A stretch of 64,000 bases of DNA, from contig JAWBKW010000004.1 of the NCBI GenBank assembly GCA_038831135.1, positions 29,135-93,134 of the forward strand, in the 5' to 3' direction. A program made the position numbers and the translations under genes. Positions within the stretch are counted from its first letter, which is position 1; each line of letters begins with the position of its first letter. Positions 1-9,022 of the stretch are shown here, in pieces. The notes under the pieces are model-generated. The model did no database searches. It saw only the letters and a program-made list of their open reading frames with translations, and was not told the origin of the DNA. Source of the stretch: Sulfolobales archaeon (GTDB taxonomy: Archaea > Thermoproteota > Thermoprotei_A > Sulfolobales > NBVN01).

Positions 1-322
1 TAATATCCCAGCAAGCTATCTCAATAGCGCTGACTGCAGACATAACCGTTAGGTCCGGATGCCTGAAGTCGTGGTCGTAAGTATACATCCTATGCATTAG
101 GTGCTCAATCCTAAACGGATCTGAACCAACCACGTAACGCCTACATAGATCCTCTAATAACTTAACGTTGGACACCTCCCTACCAACAGCAGCTAACGCT
201 GTAAGCTCACCCACACCCTCAACACCCTCATCAGTAACGAGTTTCAGAAACGTCCAATAACGCCCACCCCTATATGGAGGAGTAGTCTCAACCACAAACA
301 CCTCAAACCCACTAACCCTCAA
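1..322 (-). CDS. Mandelate racemase/muconate lactonizing enzyme family (galactonate dehydratase-like), N-terminal part; runs off the window edge
   Basis: Not in ORF track. Manual translation from TTG at 322: MRVSGFEVFVVETTPPYRGGRYWTFLKLVTDEGVEGVGE...VVGSDPFRIEHL...AVSAIEIACWDI, the typical enolase-superfamily N-terminal capping domain. Confidence 0.85.
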   Translation of the reverse strand, partial: MRVSGFEVFVVETTPPYRGGRYWTFLKLVTDEGVEGVGELTALAAVGREVSNVKLLEDLCRRYVVGSDPFRIEHLMHRMYTYDHDFRHPDLTVMSAVSAIEIACWDI

Positions 323-536
323 ATTAAAACCCCACAAACCTATACACAACCAAACATATAAATACCCTCCAAACCCCAACAACAGATTAAAACCGCGTCC
401 CCCAAGCTAAGAATATACAGCATTGAAAACAATACGTAAATTTCACTCACAATAAAATTGGAAACCATCCCACCATAACGAGAACATGCCACCCAACCCT
501 AACAGAATTAGAGGGGATACCCTATATATTGACTGA

Positions 537-689
537 GTAATTAATTACATAACACGTTAATTTAATTAACTAACTACCTACATACATGACCTCCTAAACT
601 TTACGACGTAATTAAGTAAGTAATTACGCCACAGATCTCAGCTGAGGTACTGCCCTACGGAACGGGCCAGACAAGATATGCGGATATCT
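537..689. repeat. Cluster of short AT-rich palindromes and inverted repeats
   Basis: GTAATTAATTAC (537-548), GTTAATT-T-AATTAAC (556-570), CGTAATTA-N6-TAATTACG (607-628), CTCAGCTGAG (637-646), AGATAT-N4-ATATCT (674-689). Confidence 0.6.
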
Positions 690-741
690 CAGTAACGCAT
701 CCAAAGTCAGTAAACCCACCTGCCACAACCTCCACCCATAA

Positions 742-2058
742 CTAACTAGTCAGTAGAGGGGGAGGGTTTGAAGGATTAAGCCTCTCCATACTCTCCCTAT
801 ATACTGACATCATCAGTGATGGGTTCTCCGTATGTATGGGTATAAACGCTTTCGGCTTGAATACACCTACTAATTCGCTTAGCTGATGTGGTAGGTAGTG
901 CCCTGAAATCCTTAGCCTGTAGACCTCAAATCCGAAGATATTTAACCACCTAGCTATGACACCTTCCTCAACCTCCTTTACCGTCTCCTTAGGCTCCGGA
1001 TCCATTAGAATGACTGCAGAATTCGTAAACCTCCGCTCCTCACTCCACAATTTAAGCTTCCTAAGGATTTCTAAAAACGCTACAGGCTCTATTACTATGA
1101 TGTAGTCCTTCCTCCGCTTAAACACCTCAGACAATTCAATAATATCCACATACGTTTGCGGGATTAAACCTACCTCTAGAGCTACACATATATTTTCTAC
1201 CTGACGTCCCATCACCTTTTTTAAGTAGTCTACGGCCCATAGTAAACGCTTTGAAGATATAACTACCTGCTTACCGAACATGGGGGCAGAATCTAATATA
1301 AGTGTGAAAGCCTCCAGGTCCAGAGGATCTATAGATACTGCCACTAGGTCGTATGTCGATAGAGCGTATGTCAGTGATTCACGAAATACTTGAGGCGTTA
1401 TTGGGAAGTGCTCTAATTCCATGCTGAAGTTCGTACCTTCAATTAACGCAACATCTATGCCGTCGATACCGAGTTTCCTGGGTACCTCCCTCAGGTCTTG
1501 AAAGTTGAGGGCGGTTAAAAAGTCGAGTCTAAGGTCACCGCTATAGAATAACGTTAGATTTTTACCTATATATAGAAAGGAATTCGCCGGATACGCACTA
1601 TGCGATACGGGTATCGATACAACGCCGTAGCCGTCCTCAGATAGGTATCCCCTATCTGTGAGTTTAACACTATAGCTTGGCGGTAGATATGCTAACCAAG
1701 TAGTAGAGCCCTTATACCAAGTAAATAAGGTGTCTTCAGCTACCCGCACACTTGGGAGAACTACCTCAAGATCTGATGGCACTGCAGACAGAAGACCTAC
1801 ATGATCCATATGCATATGTGATATATACAGCGCTTCAGCTCCACTATAAACCTCTAAGCCAGGAATTATGCCTAAATCCCTAAGCTCAGCAACACCTAAA
1901 GGCTCCACCCTACCACTATAGAAACGTTTTAACTCCCGGAACCTTATACCGTTATCGAAAACTACCTTTCTATCACCATCTCTAACGACTATACAGTTCC
2001 CTCCGATTTCCCTCCAACCACCATATACTTCAATCTTAGCGTTACTATACTCAGACAC
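742..2058 (-). CDS. MBL-fold beta-CASP nuclease, RNase J-like
   Basis: GGWREIGGN, FDNG, SHMHMDH (HxHxDH), SHS, YSGDLR, IEGTN, C-terminal SGH and PIH motifs. Start overlaps the helicase stop by 8 nt. Confidence 0.85.
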   Translation of the reverse strand: MSEYSNAKIEVYGGWREIGGNCIVVRDGDRKVVFDNGIRFRELKRFYSGRVEPLGVAELRDLGIIPGLEVYSGAEALYISHMHMDHVGLLSAVPSDLEVVLPSVRVAEDTLFTWYKGSTTWLAYLPPSYSVKLTDRGYLSEDGYGVVSIPVSHSAYPANSFLYIGKNLTLFYSGDLRLDFLTALNFQDLREVPRKLGIDGIDVALIEGTNFSMELEHFPITPQVFRESLTYALSTYDLVAVSIDPLDLEAFTLILDSAPMFGKQVVISSKRLLWAVDYLKKVMGRQVENICVALEVGLIPQTYVDIIELSEVFKRRKDYIIVIEPVAFLEILRKLKLWSEERRFTNSAVILMDPEPKETVKEVEEGVIARWLNIFGFEVYRLRISGHYLPHQLSELVGVFKPKAFIPIHTENPSLMMSVYRESMERLNPSNPPPLLTS

Positions 2059-5000
2059 TTTCTGTATAGGCGTGATTCCCTACCCCCACGAGTCTATATC
2101 TCCTCGCACCTACTTCAACCCATCTAACATTCCTAGCAGGGTTCCTGATGATTAGGAGCCTAGGCTTCAACGCTATGTTATAGATTATGTAGAGCCAATA
2201 GCCATCACCTAACATCTCCGAATACTTAAACTCTACTTCAGTAAGTTCTACCTGAATGCTATTATCGCTACGACCCTTAACCTCTATAAATCTTATCTCA
2301 CCACTCCGAGGGTCGAAGCTCCGTATATCATAATGCTCAAACTTACTCACATCGGTAGGTTCACGACCACACCTACGTTCATACTCCATCGCGATCTCCA
2401 TAGCCTTCCTCTCAACCTCCTCTACAACTACAGGTGGAGGAGCTCCACGAACTTCATATGCCCTCAGGAACAAGATCCTACCTAGGCACCTCACCTTAGG
2501 TTCTTGTACGTCTCGAGCTAAATCCTTCGGACTCCACGTACTGTGTTGATGGCTGAAACGACCTTCAACACTCCTTACGTAACTAGTAAACTGATTTAGT
2601 ATTCTCCTCATAATGTCTTTAAACTTACTGGAGATCTTCATGAGAAGGTTGCCATCATCGTCTTGAACGCTACTAGCGACCCCAACAACATTCTTCAATA
2701 TCTGCGCTAAAATCTGAAGGAGTTGAATACCTCGAACCTCATCGAATTTATTGCCCTTCCTCCTAACACCAACTACTTCACTATAGTAAGGTCTTCCACC
2801 AGCTTCGAGCTCAACCCTATAGAGAATTAGTTCATCAGCATCTATACCCTCATCAGACACGAGTAGTGTTAACTCGTCTTGAAGTTCAGGGACGTTTTTA
2901 AGCATGCTTAATAGAACTTTATATGTCTCTGAGACATTACCCTTTGCAATAACGTAGTCACCAGATCCAACGAAGATCTTATCCCCCCTATCATCTACGT
3001 CGAGGTTCTGTAGCTCTGCTACTGTGGTAAGTAGGTTGAGTAATGCCTTCTCAGCATGCGACCCGTAGATACCTCCAAGAACTTCATCTAGGAATTTACT
3101 AACCTTAATCTCTTTCTCACCTTCCTCACGTCTAACACGTTCAGAGTACTTCTTCAACGTCTGAAGCATGGCTATGATCTTCCCAACATACTCCTCTAAG
3201 CCGGTCCCTCCCCTACTTACGAACTCTAACCACGCCCTATACTCGCTAAACTGGACTCTCTCACCTCTCTCACCAGTCATAGGCACTAGGACTAGAAGGT
3301 CGGTATTATACCCTTCACCTCTAGCCTTAACCCCTAACATATCGATCTCAAGCTCCTCGCCTATCGGCACGCTACGCTCCACACCTGAGATATACCATGA
3401 TAGGAGCTTCGCATAAAGTATCTCAAGCGCCTTCAAATCACTTTCCACCGATAGAAGGACAGTATAACTTATGACATCCTTCTTCTGACCTAACCTCCAC
3501 ACCCTGCCAATACGTTGCACAATTTTTATCGGACTCCATGGAGGTTCGTAATGCACTACAACATTCGCGTACTGAAGGTTTAGACCTTCCGAAGCCACAT
3601 CGGTTGACACTAAGACATGTACGTAGTCTCTAGCTAACCATTCCTTCACATCCTCAATTGAAAACTCCTGCTTCTTCAAACTACTTAGCAGTACTGGAGG
3701 CTCAATACTATCCGACGTGATGAGTGCTACTCTATCACCCCAATAATTAGGCAACCTCTCCCTAAGCTTTTCAAATATGTATTTAGCCGTATCTCTAAAC
3801 TCAGTAAACACAACAACTCTATCTCCTTTACTTAGATGAGTTTGAATGATGCTCACAAGGGTTTCCAATCTCGAATCACGTTCCCCAATAATGTTTTGAG
3901 CGAGTCTATGCATGTCGCTAAGGGTCTCCCTATCACGTTCGTCTAACAGCACAGAGCATCGTTCAGCAAAACTGTTTAAAATGTCATCAACGTCAACAGT
4001 CTTAGGTCCTAAAACCTCATCGTATTCCTCAAAACCTCCGTAACCGAGAATAGTTTCTATAAGTTCGTCAGCCTCACGTTCGAGGTCTTCGGAAGTACTT
4101 TCATCACCTCCTGCACCAAGTCTTAGAGTTCTAACCCTCCTCTGTATTATTTTATCTAAAGTACTGAGAGCTGCTTTCGGGCTTGATGACGCTCGTTTAG
4201 CAATTAAAACAAGTAGTAGTCCTAGAGCTGATGGCTTCTCACCTACTCTGCCATAGTATTTAACTAGTATGCTTCGTAGAAACTCTATGAGCTTGCTGTG
4301 GAACACCATCTCATTACGCGAGGCTTCTACCGTCCGAGCCTTAAACTTACAGTTCGTAAATATGGGCCTTCTCTCATATACGTTGTTAACATCCAACTTT
4401 GTCCGCCTAAAGGTTAAAGACCCATTAATAAGCCTGTAGAACTCCTCACTATCAAGCTCATTAACACTAGCGGAGAGGTGCGGATCTATAAGCCTTATTC
4501 TCTCAATATAATCATCAGGCTTCCCCCTATGCGGCGTCGCAGATAAAAGCATTAGGTTAACACATGTGTTTTGAGCAAGCTTTGACACTAGGTTGAGGCG
4601 CTGCGTTTCACGATTGCCTACCTTCCCAACCCTATGCGCCTCATCAATAACTACAACGTCCCAACCTACCTTCAGAACTTTATCTCGGTACTCCTCCCTC
4701 TTCACAAGGTCTATCGACGCTATGTAAACACCTCTGGGGAAGCCCTTAGCTAGGAGGTCTTGAACCGTTCCACGCTCTATTTGAAATACTTCCGTTTTTG
4801 AAAAACCGAACCTCATCAACTCATCTCCCCACTGATGTGTAAGAATCCTAGGTACGAGGATTAACACCCTTTGCGCTAATCCCACCTCACATAGATACTT
4901 AACCAACATCATAGCTTCTACCGTCTTACCGAGACCTATCTCATCACCTATGAGGACGCGTATAGGCCTGCGTGGAAAAAGACTTACTAGGAGTTCTAAC

Positions 5001-5134
5001 TGGTGGGCATACGGGTAAACAGGCTCACCAGACATATGATGACGTAACATAAACATATATGGATGATAGTTAAAGCCGTCTAATACGGTTTTAATTAAGC
5101 TTAGCCTAGCTGATTCAAGCGGTATCATCACCAT
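2051..5134 (-). CDS. SNF2-family helicase with C-terminal DUF3883 (PD-(D/E)xK) nuclease domain
   Basis: DEIGLGKT, DEAH, SATPH, TDVASEGLNLQ, QRIGRVWR. C-terminal ERKAMEIAMEYE...YDIRS...FIEVKG...YWLYII. Confidence 0.9.
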   Translation of the reverse strand: MVMIPLESARLSLIKTVLDGFNYHPYMFMLRHHMSGEPVYPYAHQLELLVSLFPRRPIRVLIGDEIGLGKTVEAMMLVKYLCEVGLAQRVLILVPRILTHQWGDELMRFGFSKTEVFQIERGTVQDLLAKGFPRGVYIASIDLVKREEYRDKVLKVGWDVVVIDEAHRVGKVGNRETQRLNLVSKLAQNTCVNLMLLSATPHRGKPDDYIERIRLIDPHLSASVNELDSEEFYRLINGSLTFRRTKLDVNNVYERRPIFTNCKFKARTVEASRNEMVFHSKLIEFLRSILVKYYGRVGEKPSALGLLLVLIAKRASSSPKAALSTLDKIIQRRVRTLRLGAGGDESTSEDLEREADELIETILGYGGFEEYDEVLGPKTVDVDDILNSFAERCSVLLDERDRETLSDMHRLAQNIIGERDSRLETLVSIIQTHLSKGDRVVVFTEFRDTAKYIFEKLRERLPNYWGDRVALITSDSIEPPVLLSSLKKQEFSIEDVKEWLARDYVHVLVSTDVASEGLNLQYANVVVHYEPPWSPIKIVQRIGRVWRLGQKKDVISYTVLLSVESDLKALEILYAKLLSWYISGVERSVPIGEELEIDMLGVKARGEGYNTDLLVLVPMTGERGERVQFSEYRAWLEFVSRGGTGLEEYVGKIIAMLQTLKKYSERVRREEGEKEIKVSKFLDEVLGGIYGSHAEKALLNLLTTVAELQNLDVDDRGDKIFVGSGDYVIAKGNVSETYKVLLSMLKNVPELQDELTLLVSDEGIDADELILYRVELEAGGRPYYSEVVGVRRKGNKFDEVRGIQLLQILAQILKNVVGVASSVQDDDGNLLMKISSKFKDIMRRILNQFTSYVRSVEGRFSHQHSTWSPKDLARDVQEPKVRCLGRILFLRAYEVRGAPPPVVVEEVERKAMEIAMEYERRCGREPTDVSKFEHYDIRSFDPRSGEIRFIEVKGRSDNSIQVELTEVEFKYSEMLGDGYWLYIIYNIALKPRLLIIRNPARNVRWVEVGARRYRLVGVGNHAYTESV

Positions 5135-5571
5135 ACCCTGTAGAGTAGTCTGAATGCCTTTGCAACTCTATACACGCCCCAATACCCCACCTCTTCATAA
5201 GCTTCTAAAAATCTTGAATACCAGAATAGGACTTCAACCTCATTCAATCCCTGCACGGTTCCTGCAAGGTCTACGGAGTTATTAATATGCTGCCTAACGC
5301 CTGAGTAGACCACTAATCTACGTAGGTAGGTGTCGGGGTCCTCACCTTCCAACACAAGGATGTCCTCACCTATGAGGTTGTATGGTGCGGCTATACCGCT
5401 GAGGAATGCCTTAACGTAGTCCTTACCAACCCTAGCCTCGAAGATGGGGTTTGAACCCCTTACAGGTTCTGATAAATACATGTACGATACGTCAACCCTT
5501 CGGCGGGACTTCCTACCAACGAGTTTTGAAGTGAAGACCACGTACCGCTGAATCAACGGCCCCCTACTCAT
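5128..5571 (-). CDS. Small accessory protein of the DUF499 system, DUF3780-like
   Basis: Lies between the DUF499 ATPase and the helicase. C-terminal GLNEVEVLFWY...RVAKAFRLL resembles the DUF3780 tail (L.PEERWWLY...WRKALR). Confidence 0.55.
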   Translation of the reverse strand: MSRGPLIQRYVVFTSKLVGRKSRRRVDVSYMYLSEPVRGSNPIFEARVGKDYVKAFLSGIAAPYNLIGEDILVLEGEDPDTYLRRLVVYSGVRQHINNSVDLAGTVQGLNEVEVLFWYSRFLEAYEEVGYWGVYRVAKAFRLLYRVW

Positions 5572-5605
5572 TACTCAAACCTACACCTATTTTAGTCCAG
5601 TAGTT

Positions 5606-8600
5606 TTAATCGAAGCACACCTCAGTTACATACTGACTTAACTCGTTAAATTCATTCTCTAGTAGTTGCGGCAGAGGCTTTATCTCAGTAGCCTTAAGGC
5701 TTAGCCTAATAGATAACTTCACCTCACCAAGTTGTAATGCGTTAATAATACTACCCACTATCTTATACGCTTCATCTGGCGCGACTTCATCAAACTCTAG
5801 GATAACACGAGTTGACTTCTCATCCCTCTTATCCCTTCGCAGCACTAACTCTAACTTACCACCTATGTTAAACCCTCTAAATCTTGCGTTAATTATCTGT
5901 AATGGCTTTAGGTAGGGCCTATCTATTTTAACCCTAACTTCCTTCACACTCCTATCATAAATTTTAGGTAGTCCCTTAACACATTTTGTAACATCAGCAG
6001 GCACTACGCTGACAGATACTATTACTACTGCCCTAGCGACTTCAGTTCCATCAGGTAGGAGTAAGCGGATAAGTTCCTGACTAGTACCATCAGTTAGCGA
6101 TGCTCGGTACTTCCAGACAAACTCGTTTCTAGGTACGTCAGCATTAAATACTGCCTTACTCGGACTTATCTCACCTGAACTACTCTGAATACTGATTTCA
6201 CCAACGAAGTTTCCTAACCTCTCAACGGTGAACCCCAGCTCAACACTCCCGCCCGGCTCGACGGTAACCTCCTTCCTCTCCGGGTATATCTTTATCACAG
6301 CAGTACGCTCCCTCTTAAGTAAGGGAGCGTTCCTAAGCACATCTATGTCGAATTTTTCAATACTTTCAACGACATCCTCTACACGGTAGAGCTCCTCACC
6401 GTATCTGACGAGATATTCAATTATCTTTAAACCCTCTGCCACGCTCTTAAGGCGTCTTAACTGTTCGATTAAAGCCTCCCTCCATGAGAGGACCTGACAT
6501 TCATCCGCTATAACTGGTGGGATTTCAGCTTTCGCCACTACGACCCTCCTACATTCTTCATCGGTTTTACATGCCTCAATAACCTTAAAGTATACGTTAT
6601 CCCTACACAGCAAACCTATGCTTAAGTTGTTCAAACCACCAGCTATAGCCCGCTTAATAGTATCCTCCCTAGCTACTGGTAGCCTCGGATTTGAGTAGAA
6701 GTAACCAATAATGTCTCTAACGCTCTTAGGTGCTGAGACCTCAGTTAGGTCTATGCCGACGCCCCTCAGGTAATAGTCAAGGGTTTCGAAATCCATATCA
6801 AGTACGATCTTCCTAGGCTGGATGCTCTGCAGGGCATGTTCAACGCCCTCAACTACTGTATCCATAATACTTAGGTCGGCCTCCTTAACGGTATTCCTAC
6901 CCTCAACATATGCTGGGTAAGCGACGGAATTAAATAATGATAAAATACTCATTAACATGTCGCTGTAAGTCTTACTACAGTACTCCTTTAATTTATTCTC
7001 AAGAACCTTCTTAACGATTTCTCTCTCCTCTACGGTGTAATCCGACACTAATTTCTCTACATGCCCTTCAGCCTCAACCTCTCTGCAAGCTTTATGCTTC
7101 CGAACAAGATCGAAGATAGCCACAGTTCTCTCCTTACTACTTGGGAATGCAACGAATATCGTATTAGCATGCCTTCGAGGACCACCGCTTTTAGTTGTGT
7201 AAATTATTTCCTCGAATACGGGTTGTCTTGAAGTAGGGTTTGAGGGGACATCAACGCATGCGTAGAGAATGTATTTAGGAGCATCGTAATCAAGTTTATC
7301 ACAGCTATAGGAAACTGTTGATAGTTCACGATCGAATATCTTACCAACTTCCACGGTACTCTTCTTCTTACTCTCAATGCGTGTCTTCAACACGTTCTTA
7401 GCGCTTGCCTCAATCTCTTTAATAACATCTAAGTCTGAGACGTGCTTAGCTCTATCCTCTACGTACTTAACTGGTGTTATGAATTGAGTGAACCACAACC
7501 TACGGGTCTTCTCATCCTCCAAGACATATACGAGGTTATGCTTCATCCAATCAACAGCATCTACGACATCCTTAGGGAGTAAACCCCTATCACTAAAGCT
7601 CTTAGGTTCGTAAACCATTACAGCAAGTTCCTCCGGCGTTGGGAAGACCTCATGTTTCGGAACTAGGCCACCACCGTATACGAAAGTCCTTACAAGTAAT
7701 GTATTCGCAACTATCTGTGCAAGCCATAACTTCTCGTAACTTCCCGCCCTCTCCTGCACATCACTCTTAATAACAGATCTAAACCCCTCAAATCCCTGCA
7801 TTAGGTAAGATGCTAGTACTTCATCCGATACTAAGTTTATATGCCAAGGCATTACGAGCTCGTAACTCTCCTTACCCGACGCCACAGATCTAAGTATGCG
7901 TCTGCTAATCTTCAGTAAGTCCCGCGTCTTCTGCAGCTTAACATGTTTGTCGAGAATGTCGATGAGGGTATCAATATATGTCGGGTGGAATGGATATGTG
8001 TCCACGATTTTCTGGGCAACCCCCTCAGCAAGCCCGCGGTCGAAGACCTCACCATCCCTTGAGTAATTACTGTATAGGGCTTTCCTCATCTCAGAAGCCT
8101 TATGGCGGTCTACACTTTCAAAGAGTCTCACCCTCAGCAATGCTGGTACGTTTCTAGGGCTTACAGGCTCTACGTACATCACAGCTACGCGGCTGAGACT
8201 CTTCACTATCGCCTCTATAGCATCTCTAATAGCTATATATGTAGTCTCCACACGCTCTACCTCACCTCTACCCCCAATAGCCACTGGCACTGAAACAACC
8301 AACACGACATTCTTAGCGATATCTACAGCCTTAACCAACCTCTCAATAAAACTCTTTAAAGCACTAACATAGCTTGTTTGAGAGAGTATACTCTGTATGT
8401 AATTTGCTAATTCATCGACTAAGATAACTACACGCCTATTTTCAAAGAGTTTTATGAGGGTGTCAACCTCCGGAGCTACGAGTTGCTCATCATATACCTT
8501 CAATAGGCTGTAGCTACCGAGGCAGTGAGCTATATACCCCCACAGAGTTCTCACACTATACGCACCTACGCCTAACGGCGCTACTGGGTGAGGCGCTAAC

Positions 8601-9019
8601 TGCTGCATATAGCCATCCACTACGATAACATCGGTAGATTGTACAATACTTGAAATCCTATTAACTACTTTCTGAACTTTCTCACGCGCACCTACCTCTT
8701 CGGCGGCGGCTTTAACTAATTGATTTGAGTTCCTTAATGCGTGGTATATAGTTATAAGGGTGTGTGTTTTACCGCCGCCGTATAGAGCGCTGAGTAGTAC
8801 TACCTTCCTACCTTTACCCTCAACCAACACGTCAGTTATGTCATCCAATATGTCAATCATTTGCTGCGTTATCAGCGTGAGTGAGAAGAACTTGGCGGGG
8901 TCTCCGTAGATGTCGGGTTCTTTACCCAGTACAACACCTCCAAGGCTAGGTGCGAGTCTCTCATCTAAACCTTCATCGAATACATCACTACGAATCTTAT
9001 TACTCCCGAGAAGCACCAT
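5606..9019 (-). CDS. DUF499 family AAA+ ATPase with C-terminal beta-sandwich (Ig-like) region
   Basis: YGGGKTHTLI Walker A, TLWGYIA, ILVDELANY Walker B, YPFHP, QKTRDLLK; beta-rich tail EVTVEPGGSVELGFTVER. Confidence 0.9.
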   Translation of the reverse strand: MVLLGSNKIRSDVFDEGLDERLAPSLGGVVLGKEPDIYGDPAKFFSLTLITQQMIDILDDITDVLVEGKGRKVVLLSALYGGGKTHTLITIYHALRNSNQLVKAAAEEVGAREKVQKVVNRISSIVQSTDVIVVDGYMQQLAPHPVAPLGVGAYSVRTLWGYIAHCLGSYSLLKVYDEQLVAPEVDTLIKLFENRRVVILVDELANYIQSILSQTSYVSALKSFIERLVKAVDIAKNVVLVVSVPVAIGGRGEVERVETTYIAIRDAIEAIVKSLSRVAVMYVEPVSPRNVPALLRVRLFESVDRHKASEMRKALYSNYSRDGEVFDRGLAEGVAQKIVDTYPFHPTYIDTLIDILDKHVKLQKTRDLLKISRRILRSVASGKESYELVMPWHINLVSDEVLASYLMQGFEGFRSVIKSDVQERAGSYEKLWLAQIVANTLLVRTFVYGGGLVPKHEVFPTPEELAVMVYEPKSFSDRGLLPKDVVDAVDWMKHNLVYVLEDEKTRRLWFTQFITPVKYVEDRAKHVSDLDVIKEIEASAKNVLKTRIESKKKSTVEVGKIFDRELSTVSYSCDKLDYDAPKYILYACVDVPSNPTSRQPVFEEIIYTTKSGGPRRHANTIFVAFPSSKERTVAIFDLVRKHKACREVEAEGHVEKLVSDYTVEEREIVKKVLENKLKEYCSKTYSDMLMSILSLFNSVAYPAYVEGRNTVKEADLSIMDTVVEGVEHALQSIQPRKIVLDMDFETLDYYLRGVGIDLTEVSAPKSVRDIIGYFYSNPRLPVAREDTIKRAIAGGLNNLSIGLLCRDNVYFKVIEACKTDEECRRVVVAKAEIPPVIADECQVLSWREALIEQLRRLKSVAEGLKIIEYLVRYGEELYRVEDVVESIEKFDIDVLRNAPLLKRERTAVIKIYPERKEVTVEPGGSVELGFTVERLGNFVGEISIQSSSGEISPSKAVFNADVPRNEFVWKYRASLTDGTSQELIRLLLPDGTEVARAVVIVSVSVVPADVTKCVKGLPKIYDRSVKEVRVKIDRPYLKPLQIINARFRGFNIGGKLELVLRRDKRDEKSTRVILEFDEVAPDEAYKIVGSIINALQLGEVKLSIRLSLKATEIKPLPQLLENEFNELSQYVTEVCFD

Positions 9020-9022
9020 ATA

